Origin: a virus | Virus record (IMG/VR): IMGVR_UViG_3300050501_000377 | Strand: one strand, 5' to 3' | Length of the DNA: 64,000 nt | Shown: one piece after another, positions 55,461-64,000 of the stretch | Layout of the letters: each line of letters begins with the position of its first letter | How positions within the stretch are numbered: position 1 is the first letter of the stretch | Made by a program: the position numbers and the translations under genes | The notes under the pieces: model-generated | Told to the model about the DNA's origin: nothing | The model's input: only the letters and a program-made list of their open reading frames with translations | The model's database searches: none

Positions 55461-56156
55461 CTAGTCCGCCGTGCCCGCGTCCGCCACCATGTTCGGCCCG
55501 CCGATCTCGATCATGTGCATCGTGATCGGGTCGGCGAACGGGTTGATGCCGAAGATGTCGTAGCAGCGCGTAATGCCGTCGACAATCACGGTGAGCTTGT
55601 CGTTGGAGAGCAGGCCCGACGGGTTGCGCTGCCGGCCGGCGGTGAAGCCCGCTTGCTGCAGGTGCCAGATGCAGCGCAGGAGCAGCTCCTCGCACTCGGC
55701 GAGGCGGGTGGCGTCGTCGACCGCGGCGTCGAGCAGACCCGGGAACTCGTTGCCAGTGCCACAGATGATGACGCCGGCTTCGCGCGCGGTCAGGCCGGGT
55801 GCCGCCGCGTGCCCGTCGACTCCGGCATCGGCGCAGCCCGCCGCGCCTTCGCCGCCGTCGCCGCCGCCCGGGAGGACCGACCCGGCCAGCGCGTCTTCGG
55901 TCTCGGTCGCTGTGCGCTGCGCGATGGCGAGCGCTTCATCGGCCTTGTGGTCGACGCGGGTGAGCTGCGCCTCGGTCGTGTTGGCGGCGTCGGTGAGGTC
56001 CTCGACGGTTGATTCGGCCGCCTGCAGGCGCGCTTCGAGATCGAAGATGCGGTCCCAGAGCAGGCGGAGCGATTGCTGCGCGGTCCAGTCCTTGACCTCG
56101 CTGACGTGCGGATACTGCCGCTTGAGCGCAGGCGGGGTCGTCCGCTCGACCGCCAT
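55461..56156 (-). CDS. hypothetical virion-block protein, 231 aa
   Basis: N-terminal coiled coil (LEARLQAAESTVEDLTDAANTTEAQL) and a globular C-half. Confidence 0.5.
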   Translation of the reverse strand: MAVERTTPPALKRQYPHVSEVKDWTAQQSLRLLWDRIFDLEARLQAAESTVEDLTDAANTTEAQLTRVDHKADEALAIAQRTATETEDALAGSVLPGGGDGGEGAAGCADAGVDGHAAAPGLTAREAGVIICGTGNEFPGLLDAAVDDATRLAECEELLLRCIWHLQQAGFTAGRQRNPSGLLSNDKLTVIVDGITRCYDIFGINPFADPITMHMIEIGGPNMVADAGTAD

Positions 56157-56344
56157 CAGTCCTCACGAGGACGAACGCTGGCGTAGGTCTTCGCCAGGCG
56201 CAGATCGCGGCGCGCGAGCTGGACGGCGTCACCGGCCAGCAGCAGGCGTTCAGAGTTGTAGAGCAACTGCGCGCGGCGGATGCGCCCGAGCAGCCGGTCG
56301 GCTTCCCGCTCCAGACGGACGATACGGGCTGCGATCTTCATCAC
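56156..56344 (-). CDS. hypothetical protein, 62 aa
   Basis: Helical and basic. Start and stop abut the flanking genes. Confidence 0.4.
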   Translation of the reverse strand: MMKIAARIVRLEREADRLLGRIRRAQLLYNSERLLLAGDAVQLARRDLRLAKTYASVRPRED

Positions 56345-59300
56345 TCACCCTGCCTGTCCTGGCGCCACGGCACCTCCCGAGGACTGCGCCGCGAGGATCG
56401 CGTGCGTCATCGGGCGCGCCGGGTCCTGATCGTCGTTGCCGAACGGCTGCACGGTCACCGCGTCGTAGGATCCCCACGGCTGGATGACAACCGTCGTCTC
56501 GTCCCGATACAGCCAGAACGGTTCCGCGGAGGTGAGGACGTACTTGATCAGGACACCCTTGCCCGCGTGGAAGCCGTTGAGGAAGCGGCGCTGCTTCTGA
56601 CCGGCAGTTGAAGGGATGGTGTAGGTGCGGGTGGTCGTGCCGCCGACCTGGTTGTGCTGCATGGTGGTGGTCAGGGTGACGTCGGCGGTCGACTTGAGCG
56701 TGATGTGCGCGTAGAGCGGGTAGAACCAGCCGGGGAGGGTGTGATTGGTCTCCTGCGTTTCCCAGCGATCGAAGCAGAACGGCTCCTCGTCGAAGATCGG
56801 TTCGGCCGTGTAGAGCCGGCCCGGGTTGGCGTCGACCGGGAACATCCGCCAGACGCGGCCGAGCGCTTGTGCGGCGAGCGCGATCTGGACGACGCGCCGG
56901 CCATCGGCGTTGACGGTCAGGGTCTCGACCACGGTGCCGTCGACTTCGACCTGGACCGACTTGTCGACGCCGTAGGTGTCGCACTCGAAGATGATCGCCT
57001 TCAGCCACTTGTCGGCGCGGGTGCCGAGGATCGAGAAGTTCTGGTTCCAGTTGGTCTGCTCGGACGGTTCGTCCTGCAGGTGCCAGCGGTGTGTGTAGAG
57101 CAGGCCCGGGTACTCGTCGATGGCGACGAAGCGGAAGACGTGGCCGCGCCCCCACGGGAGAGTGAGGTGGACGACACGCCGCCCGTTGGCGACCACCCGC
57201 CAGAACGGCTCGGTCGTCGCCGGGTTGACGAGGCGCACCTCGTCGACGTAGACCTCGACGATCTTCTCCTGGCCGACCGTATCGCAGTAGAGATCGAGGC
57301 CGGTGTAGTACTGGTCCCAACTGTTCTCGAAGTGGATGTCCCAGTCGGCGATGCGCGGCGGCTCCTGGACGTAGATCCAGTCGGCGCGGTAGAGGATCCA
57401 GGTCGCGCAGCCGGTGTCGTCGGGGCGGAGGCGGACCATGTTGGCGGGCACCGCCGCCCAGGAGAACTTGAACTTGTGGCGGTTGGTGGAAGTCACGAAG
57501 AAGCTGGCGACGATCGTGCGCTCGCCGTTGAAGTCGCGCTCGACGTGGAACTGCTTGGCGACGCCGCCGGTGTCGACGTCGAGCGTCACGCCGGTCAGCC
57601 AGGTCTCGTCAGGCGAGTTGAGATCGTCCCAGTTGGTGACGCGGGTCGAGGTGATGTCGGGCTGCAGCGTGATTGCGTAGCCGATCTGATAGAGCGTGGT
57701 CCCGGGGCCGGCCCAGCGCAGCTCGGTGGCGATCGAGTGCGCCTTCTGTGGGTTGTCGCCGAAGGCGTTGACCAGGAAGCGCTGCCGGTTGGTGGCGGTG
57801 CTGAAGAGCGTCTCGGTGGTGTTGGCGTGCGTCTCCTCGTTGAGGAAGACCTGCAGCTCCAGATCGGCGGTCTGGATGTCGGCGTCGAGGAAGATGTCGC
57901 CGAAGAGTTTCTCCTCGCGCCGGCCGCCGGAGGCCGAGCCGGTGCGGATGGTGCAGGCGATCGCCGTGCCGTCGTCACTGGTGCCTGAGTGGCTGTAGCT
58001 GGCGCCGGTGGCGTTGCCGCCGATGAGGAGGATGTCTTCGTCCTCGCCCTGGACGACGGCGGGCGACTTGCCGAAGGAGTAATGCCGCCAGAACTTCTGC
58101 AGGATCGAATAGACCATGACCTGGCGTGCGCCGCCGGTGTCCTGGTACTGGAAGTAGAGGCAGTTCTCCCAGCAGGTGAGGCGCAGCGCGGTCACGGCGG
58201 TCTTGTCGATCGGGGCGTAGCCGTTGACGGTGGTGCCGTAGAAGAGCGGGTTGATGTCCTGGGAGATCCAGTCCTCGGGACCGCCCTGGGTGACGAAGAC
58301 GCCGTCCTCGGCGACGAAGAAGACCAGCCCGCCCGGGCCGACGGTGAAGGCCCAGCGCCCGAGCAGGCCGCGCGTGCAGAGCGAGGGCGCGGCGGTGACG
58401 CCCCCGAGCTGGCCGGAGAGATTCGGGTAGAGCAGGTAGAGGCGTTGACGGCTGAAGACGAAGGCCTGGTGACCGGCGATGCCGCCGTTCATCAGCTCCT
58501 CGCCGGGAGCCGAGACTTCGACGTTGCCGGACGACGACCAGTGATCGGGCTGGCCCGGGACCGAGAAGTAGCAGTGGCCCGGGCGGTAGGGGTCGCCGCA
58601 GCCGAAGAGCATCCCTTCGAGCGGTCCCCAGAGTGCGGGCAGCGGTTGCGCCAGGACGGTTGTGCCGGCGTCGTTGACGGTCGGCACCGGTTGAAAGTTG
58701 TCGGTAGGAAGGATGCCGGCGGCGACGATCTCGATGTCGGCGAGCTGGTCGGTGTAGACGCCGCCGTCAGCGCTGTTCTCGCCGAGGTAGTACCAGTCGT
58801 CGAAGAGCGAGCCGCCGCGGCGGTAGACCCGCTGGCGGATGGCCGCGTCGCCGTAGGCGGGCGGATCGATCGTGACCTGGCGGCGCAGCGGGTCGATGAA
58901 GTCGGCCGCGGCTTGTTCGACCGAGCCGTTCGATTCGGCGCCGGTGCGCGGGTCGTAGTTGGTGACGCGATAGTCGTATTGCTGCAGGCCGGGTTCACAG
59001 GTGTCGGGACCGAAGCCGCCGGTGATGTAGAAGTCGTCGAGGCCGACGCCGATGGCGCGCTCGGTGTCGGTGATGCGCGTGCGGACGTAGAGGATGACGC
59101 CGGTGACGGTCGACCAGTCGCGCCCGGGCGTCGAGCCGATGCGCTGGAAATCCATGCGGCGCAGCGGTGAGCCGAGCTGGCCATAGCCGAACCACTGATG
59201 GCCGCCCAGCCCGAGCTGGAAGCTGCGCGCCCGCTCGGGGTCGGACTGCGCGCGGCGGTCCTCCCAGCTGTCACGGCGGTCGTCGAAGCCGCGCTCCGCG

Positions 59301-60346
59301 CTGTCTTTGTCGCGCAACGCGTAGATGCGAGCGCGCTCGGCGGCGGTGATCTGCGATTCAGTCGCCTGGACGAACTGGACGTAGTCGTTCTCGCGGAACG
59401 CCTTGACGTAGGCGTCGCTGTTGGCGTTGGTGCCGGTGGTGTCGGTGCCCGGGAGGATGGCCGCGTCGAAGGGGTCCGAGACGACGATGTAGAGGCGGAT
59501 CTCTTCGAGCAGGTGCGGGTGCGAGGTCATCATCCAGGCGTGAACGATGTCGTCTTCAGAGGCGGGAGTGGTGCCGGCGCCGCCGACCTCGTTCAGGCTG
59601 GTGAGGTCGCGGGTCAGCGGCACGCCCCACCAGGAGTCGTAGGGCGAGTCGACGAGCAGGCCGGGAGCGGTCACCCCGTAGACGCCGAAGCCGGAGATCG
59701 GGCCGGCGGTCGCGACCATCGCTTCGGGCGGGTCGGACGCGTGGTCGTTCTCGTCCGTGCCGGCGGTGCCGACCCAGTTGGCCGGCTCGGAGGAGTCGGA
59801 GGCGTCGCACATCGCGATCGCTTTCGAGTACTCGGTGCCGAGCGCGACGACCGGGGCGGTGGATGGGACCGGCAGGCCGATCGGGAGGACCAGGCCGTCG
59901 GCGCGCACCTTCGACATCTTGGTGCGGTCGCCGACAAACATCCACGGGTCGCCGGAGAGGGGCGGGCGGTGCGGCGCCAGGGTGAGCGGGTCGCCCGAGT
60001 AGCCGCTGTCGATCGACGTGGTCGCGCCGGAACTGCCGCGGTGTAGGGTCGTGCCGACGCCCCAGAGGCGGGTGAAGGTGCCGGCCTGGGGGTCGCGCAG
60101 CTTGCGGATCGAGTGGCAGGTGGAGGCGGCCGGGTGGGTGGCGAGGACGGTCTGGCCCGGGCGCGCGGTCGCCTCGCCCTCGTTCTCGTGCCAGATGTTG
60201 GTCAGGCGCGACCAGCCCTCCATCGCATCGAGCGAGTCCTTGAGGTTGAGGCCGTTACTGCCGTAGCGGACGATCTGGGTCTCGAACGGCGCCTCGAAGG
60301 CGGCGCTGGTGACGTTGTTCGAGCGGCGGGAGATCTGTTCAGCCAT
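56345..60346 (-). CDS. very large virion protein, 1333 aa (tail/nozzle or host-interaction protein, inferred)
   Basis: Uninterrupted ORF with a beta-rich, Trp/Tyr-rich composition inside the structural block. All overlapping track ORFs are Arg/Gly shadow frames. Confidence 0.65.
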   Translation of the reverse strand: MAEQISRRSNNVTSAAFEAPFETQIVRYGSNGLNLKDSLDAMEGWSRLTNIWHENEGEATARPGQTVLATHPAASTCHSIRKLRDPQAGTFTRLWGVGTTLHRGSSGATTSIDSGYSGDPLTLAPHRPPLSGDPWMFVGDRTKMSKVRADGLVLPIGLPVPSTAPVVALGTEYSKAIAMCDASDSSEPANWVGTAGTDENDHASDPPEAMVATAGPISGFGVYGVTAPGLLVDSPYDSWWGVPLTRDLTSLNEVGGAGTTPASEDDIVHAWMMTSHPHLLEEIRLYIVVSDPFDAAILPGTDTTGTNANSDAYVKAFRENDYVQFVQATESQITAAERARIYALRDKDSAERGFDDRRDSWEDRRAQSDPERARSFQLGLGGHQWFGYGQLGSPLRRMDFQRIGSTPGRDWSTVTGVILYVRTRITDTERAIGVGLDDFYITGGFGPDTCEPGLQQYDYRVTNYDPRTGAESNGSVEQAAADFIDPLRRQVTIDPPAYGDAAIRQRVYRRGGSLFDDWYYLGENSADGGVYTDQLADIEIVAAGILPTDNFQPVPTVNDAGTTVLAQPLPALWGPLEGMLFGCGDPYRPGHCYFSVPGQPDHWSSSGNVEVSAPGEELMNGGIAGHQAFVFSRQRLYLLYPNLSGQLGGVTAAPSLCTRGLLGRWAFTVGPGGLVFFVAEDGVFVTQGGPEDWISQDINPLFYGTTVNGYAPIDKTAVTALRLTCWENCLYFQYQDTGGARQVMVYSILQKFWRHYSFGKSPAVVQGEDEDILLIGGNATGASYSHSGTSDDGTAIACTIRTGSASGGRREEKLFGDIFLDADIQTADLELQVFLNEETHANTTETLFSTATNRQRFLVNAFGDNPQKAHSIATELRWAGPGTTLYQIGYAITLQPDITSTRVTNWDDLNSPDETWLTGVTLDVDTGGVAKQFHVERDFNGERTIVASFFVTSTNRHKFKFSWAAVPANMVRLRPDDTGCATWILYRADWIYVQEPPRIADWDIHFENSWDQYYTGLDLYCDTVGQEKIVEVYVDEVRLVNPATTEPFWRVVANGRRVVHLTLPWGRGHVFRFVAIDEYPGLLYTHRWHLQDEPSEQTNWNQNFSILGTRADKWLKAIIFECDTYGVDKSVQVEVDGTVVETLTVNADGRRVVQIALAAQALGRVWRMFPVDANPGRLYTAEPIFDEEPFCFDRWETQETNHTLPGWFYPLYAHITLKSTADVTLTTTMQHNQVGGTTTRTYTIPSTAGQKQRRFLNGFHAGKGVLIKYVLTSAEPFWLYRDETTVVIQPWGSYDAVTVQPFGNDDQDPARPMTHAILAAQSSGGAVAPGQAG

Positions 60347-60349
60347 GGG

Positions 60350-60988
60350 TTAGCTCCAGCCGCCGAGGATGATCGCCGCCGCCGTGTGTGACAGCTCGTA
60401 GCGGCGGTCGCAGTAGTTGGCGCGCTCCGGGTCGAGGAGGCGCCCGACTTTGCGGAGCAAAGAACCGAGCGCGGCGTACTTGAGCGCCGAGGCGAACTCG
60501 TCGGCCAGCGGGAGATCGGCGCCGGGAGCGACGGCGGTGATGAGCGGCGGCACGCTGATGTAGAGCAGTTCGAGCGTGCCGTCGGCCGCGGGCGTCGGGA
60601 TGAGGCGGAGCGTGAGCGTCGCCGAGTCGAGGTCGGCGTAGCCGAGCGGCAGGCCGGGGGCGGTCTCCCAGCCGGGGAGGGCGAGGTCGCCCTCGAAGCT
60701 GTCGACCGGGCCGAGCGGCGTGCGAACGCTGGTCAGGGTGTCGCGCCAGACCAGGTGCGCGCTGGCGAGCCAGTCGGTCGGCAGATCGATCGAGAGAGCG
60801 CCGGAGAGGACGGGCAGCTCGACGCTGGTGACGCTGAGATGAGTGTCGCGCGCCAGCGCACGCACACCCGCGTTGACCGCGTCGAGGACTTCGTCACGCT
60901 CCCAGATCAGCGACGGCCAGGTGTCGCCGCCGTCGTCGGGTTCGATCAGCACCAGCTGGAGTTCGGAGAGGAGGTCGCGATCGAGCAT
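60350..60988 (-). CDS. virion structural protein, 212 aa (adaptor-like, tentative)
   Basis: Immediately upstream of the 1333-aa gene. Similar size and layout to the next gene upstream. Confidence 0.5.
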   Translation of the reverse strand: MLDRDLLSELQLVLIEPDDGGDTWPSLIWERDEVLDAVNAGVRALARDTHLSVTSVELPVLSGALSIDLPTDWLASAHLVWRDTLTSVRTPLGPVDSFEGDLALPGWETAPGLPLGYADLDSATLTLRLIPTPAADGTLELLYISVPPLITAVAPGADLPLADEFASALKYAALGSLLRKVGRLLDPERANYCDRRYELSHTAAAIILGGWS

Positions 60989-60994
60989 GGCGAG

Positions 60995-61729
60995 CTACTC
61001 CACCTCCGACTGCGCGGTCGCGCGGTCGTGCCGGGAGAACTCGGTCGCCACGCCCTGGGTCTGGTTCGGCGTGCCGGTCGACGGTTGGAGATCACGACGG
61101 CGGTCGAGGCCGGCGAAGCGACGGTAGGCCTGGTTGGTCTTGAGCAGCGCGTTCTCGTCGGCGGCGGCCTGGAGGAAGGTCTCGAAGTAGACGCGGGTGG
61201 CGCGCCAGCGGCTGCCGGCTTCCTTGAAGGCGGCAACGTGCAGCGCCATGTCCGCGATGATGTCGACGATCTCCTCCCCGAGATCGACCGTGTCAGTGGG
61301 AGCGATGAGGACGGGGGTGCTGAGGACGCCATCGACGAGGAGCGAGTGGCCGGCGGTGGCGTAGGTCGGCCAGATGGCGATGCGGGTCAGCGAGACCGGC
61401 GCCCAGAGGGTCGGGATGGTCGCGGTGTCGAGCCGCCACGGCGGGTTGCCGAGGTCAAGTTCGAGGAGCGAGGACGGGATGAGCGGGATGCCAGCGGTGG
61501 TGGTGACGCGCATCGCGTAGGTCATCACACCCGGGAGCGCGACCTCGGGATCGTTGGCGGTGACGGCGATGGTTTCGCGCGTGCGCCAGCGGCCGGTCAG
61601 GAGGTTCCACTCGCGGAGGGACTCGTTGAGGGCGAGGCGCGCTTCTTCAGCCGTCCAGAAAACGACCGAGTCCCAGCGCTGCGCCATCAGGGTTTGGAGG
61701 TCGGCGAGGGTGGTCTGGCTGTAGGCCAT
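60995..61729 (-). CDS. virion structural protein, 244 aa (adaptor-like, tentative)
   Basis: Closed ORF in the structural block; possible paralog of 60350..60988. Confidence 0.5.
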   Translation of the reverse strand: MAYSQTTLADLQTLMAQRWDSVVFWTAEEARLALNESLREWNLLTGRWRTRETIAVTANDPEVALPGVMTYAMRVTTTAGIPLIPSSLLELDLGNPPWRLDTATIPTLWAPVSLTRIAIWPTYATAGHSLLVDGVLSTPVLIAPTDTVDLGEEIVDIIADMALHVAAFKEAGSRWRATRVYFETFLQAAADENALLKTNQAYRRFAGLDRRRDLQPSTGTPNQTQGVATEFSRHDRATAQSEVE

Positions 61730-61744
61730 GCCGTGACACCAGCA

Positions 61745-63586
61745 TCAGGGGAGGAGGCCGGCGGAGCAAGACCCCCCGGGCGGCACGACGTCGATCGGGA
61801 AGTCGGCCGGGATGCAGGGCGGCAGGATCACCCAGAGTTCGACGACGAGTTGCGTGGCGCGGATGGGCGCCGGGTCGTGCCGCCAGAGTTCGACGGCGGC
61901 GTGCGTGAGGCGGGTCGCGGCGTTGATCCGGCGCCAGGTTTCCAGTGCGAGCTGGCTGGCGCGCAGGGCGGCAGCGCGCTGGGCGAAGACTTCGAGCGCG
62001 AGTTGCGTGGCAGCGGCGCCCGCCGGGATCTGCAGGAAGACGTCGAGCGAGAGGGTGGTGGCTCGCAGCGGGATCGGGTCGGAGCGGCGGAGGAGTTCGG
62101 CGAGCGCTTGCGAGACGCGCGTCTCGGGGGGTGGCGGCGCGGAGGCGCCGAGCAGCTCGGCGACCAGTTGCGTGACGCGCCCCTCAGCGAAGGCGGCGGC
62201 GGAGGTGCCGAGGAGTTCGGCGACCTGCTGGGAGACGCGGGCGGCGGGCGCGGTCGGCTGGCTGAGGGTTTCAGCGACCTGCTGGGAGACGCGGGCGGCG
62301 GTCGAACTGGCGACTACTCCCGCTCTGAAGGCGACGAGTGCCCCCGACCACGTCCCGCCCGTGCCCAACGTCCAGGTGGCGCTGGTCGTCGCGCCGCTGG
62401 CGGTGGTCAGGACACGGCTATCGGCTTCACCCCCGACGTAGGCGGTGGTCAGTTCCTCGAACTCTTCTGTCCATGCCGGGGTGACCGTCTCAACCGTGAT
62501 CGCTGATTGCAGACTTGCGAGACCGAGGAGCGCCGCGACGAAGACGTTATTGGCCGTCAGCGCCGCCGTCGGACCCACGGTGACCGTTGACCCGGCGATT
62601 GCGCCCGTCGTGCCTGCGGTGCTGAACTGATCGACGCTGAGGCCCGTCCCGACGCCGCTGACTTCGATCGCGATCGCGACGGACCAGTTCGTGGTACTCA
62701 GCGTGACCGTGATCGTGAACGAGGCGCCGGTGGCGGTGATCGCGGAGCAGTACCAGATCTCACTCGTCGGCGTCCCGAGCTTCTGCGCGGCCCTGGTGTA
62801 GGTGTTGCCGTAGTTGTCGGTGACCGTGGAGACGGTGACGTTCCAGATGTTGACGGGGACGACGATGCCGTTGCCGATGGTGGGCGGGGTCGCGAAGGTA
62901 ACACTGTTCGTGAGTGACGTCGCACTCGTGCCTTTGGGAGTCGCCTGGACACGCGCGAGGGCGGCGGCGGCCTTGAAGGCGCCCACCAGGATGACCGTCT
63001 GGAACGACCCGCCAGAGGTCGAGTAGGTGCCACTCATCGTGGCCGAGACGATCTTCTCCTGCACCTGCAGGTAGGGGAGATCGCCGCCGAGATCACTGAA
63101 CCCCGCCGGGTAGGTCGGGGTGACCCCGAACCGCGCGACGAGGATGTGGACCTCGTCGGCGGTGGTGGTGGTCAGCGTGCTGCTGGTGATGCCGCTGGCC
63201 GGAGCTTGGTTGGCCTTCGCGCTAGTGTCGAGCGGCGCGGTCGCATCGAGGCCGCTGTACTGCGTCGCGACCACGCCGCGATAGGTCACATTGCCGGTAA
63301 AGGTGACGGTGACCTGGTTGGTGGCGTGGCCCGTGACGTTCTTGGCGTACCACAACTCGACCCGGAAGTCGGTCGATTGGTAGGCGTGATCGACTTTGGT
63401 GTAGGTGTTCCCGGCGGTGTCGGTGACACCGGTCACCGTGGCACTGCCCGCCGCGACGTCTTGCGCCCCGATGGCGACGATGAGCGTGTTCCCGGCGGTC
63501 AGGCTCGTCGCTGCCGTCGTCTGCGTCGCGGTCGGGGTGGTGCCCCATGCGCGGACGATGCCGACGTTGACGCGCGCGATGGCCAT
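61745..63586 (-). CDS. fibre/receptor-binding-like protein with duplicated N-terminal modules and nine C-terminal short repeats
   Basis: Two similar modules (TDTAGNTYTK...ELWYAKNVTG...VTVTFTG versus TDNYGNTYTR...EIWYCSAITA...ITVTLST). Then nine copies of R(V/A)(S/T)Qxx(A/V)E(L/V)(L/W/F). Confidence 0.6.
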   Translation of the reverse strand: MAIARVNVGIVRAWGTTPTATQTTAATSLTAGNTLIVAIGAQDVAAGSATVTGVTDTAGNTYTKVDHAYQSTDFRVELWYAKNVTGHATNQVTVTFTGNVTYRGVVATQYSGLDATAPLDTSAKANQAPASGITSSTLTTTTADEVHILVARFGVTPTYPAGFSDLGGDLPYLQVQEKIVSATMSGTYSTSGGSFQTVILVGAFKAAAALARVQATPKGTSATSLTNSVTFATPPTIGNGIVVPVNIWNVTVSTVTDNYGNTYTRAAQKLGTPTSEIWYCSAITATGASFTITVTLSTTNWSVAIAIEVSGVGTGLSVDQFSTAGTTGAIAGSTVTVGPTAALTANNVFVAALLGLASLQSAITVETVTPAWTEEFEELTTAYVGGEADSRVLTTASGATTSATWTLGTGGTWSGALVAFRAGVVASSTAARVSQQVAETLSQPTAPAARVSQQVAELLGTSAAAFAEGRVTQLVAELLGASAPPPPETRVSQALAELLRRSDPIPLRATTLSLDVFLQIPAGAAATQLALEVFAQRAAALRASQLALETWRRINAATRLTHAAVELWRHDPAPIRATQLVVELWVILPPCIPADFPIDVVPPGGSCSAGLLP

Positions 63587-63600
63587 CTACATGGCCTCGC

Positions 63601-64000
63601 TCAGCTGACGCGCTTGTAGCCGAACTCGGCGGCGTTGAAGTCGCTCTCGGTCCACTGCGCGGCGGTGCCGGGGTTGGTCTGGTTGATGACGAGACCGTAG
63701 GCGTAGCTGGTGCTCGGCGAGATCGCGCTGCCGGCGTAGTCGGTGCTGCTGTGGCGGACAACCGGCGCGACGGTGCAGGTGCCCGCGTCCATCTTCTTCA
63801 GCGACAGGCAGTGCTGGACGCCGAAGATCGCGGCACCCGAGACGGGCGCGTCCTGCACGACGAAGGTGTCGACGGCGTTGATGGTCGAGGTCGAGTTGTA
63901 GGTGGTGTCGTCGTCAGGCGCGGCGTCGTCGACGTTCTGCCAGTTCGATCCGGTGGAGGGCGTCCACCCGGTGGTCGCGCCCGCGGCGGTCGGGTTGCGG
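63601..64000 (-). CDS. structural protein, C-terminal 133 aa only (gene runs off the right edge)
   Basis: The frame of track ORF 63601..63858 stays open to position 64000 (...GWTPSTGSNWQNVDDAAPDDDTTYNSTSTINAVDTFVVQDAPVSG...). Beta-rich composition. Confidence 0.5.
   Translation of the reverse strand, partial: RNPTAAGATTGWTPSTGSNWQNVDDAAPDDDTTYNSTSTINAVDTFVVQDAPVSGAAIFGVQHCLSLKKMDAGTCTVAPVVRHSSTDYAGSAISPSTSYAYGLVINQTNPGTAAQWTESDFNAAEFGYKRVS

Overview
High-GC window that is almost entirely phage DNA: a temperate, podovirus-like genome or prophage seen in permuted orientation. Minus-strand morphogenesis genes occupy both ends. Region 1-11857 holds putative terS, terL, portal, scaffold, major capsid and small capsid-associated genes. 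Region 47623-64000 holds an SLT-domain ejection protein, Gly-rich and very large internal or tail proteins, and a fibre-like repeat protein. Between them lies a ~35 kb plus-strand early/middle block (11925-46951). It contains many small early genes, a DUF932-like gene, a reverse-oriented RepA/AAA_25-like ATPase, a cI/cro-type switch, a Cas4-like exonuclease and an AAA_24-like ATPase. It also carries a Pif1/RecD-like helicase interrupted by a LAGLIDADG intein, a family A DNA polymerase fused to a UDG-like domain, and xis-int abutting a complete tRNA-Phe (attP candidate). The most unusual content is a glycan assembly/tailoring island (27410-42758). It has five glycosyltransferase-like ORFs, three methyltransferase-fold ORFs (one of NDP-hexose C-methyltransferase type) and a parallel beta-helix protein, mostly translationally coupled and wrapped around the helicase and the int-attP locus. 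Several recurrent intergenic motifs are present: CAGCTG-centred GC palindromes, AGCATATGCTTC, a GTACCAGCAG array and GGTTGACA promoters. I saw no rRNA, CRISPR array, transposase, RNA polymerase, primase or canonical endolysin. All calls come from reading motifs, frames, RBS contexts and codon third-position GC by eye; no database search was run.
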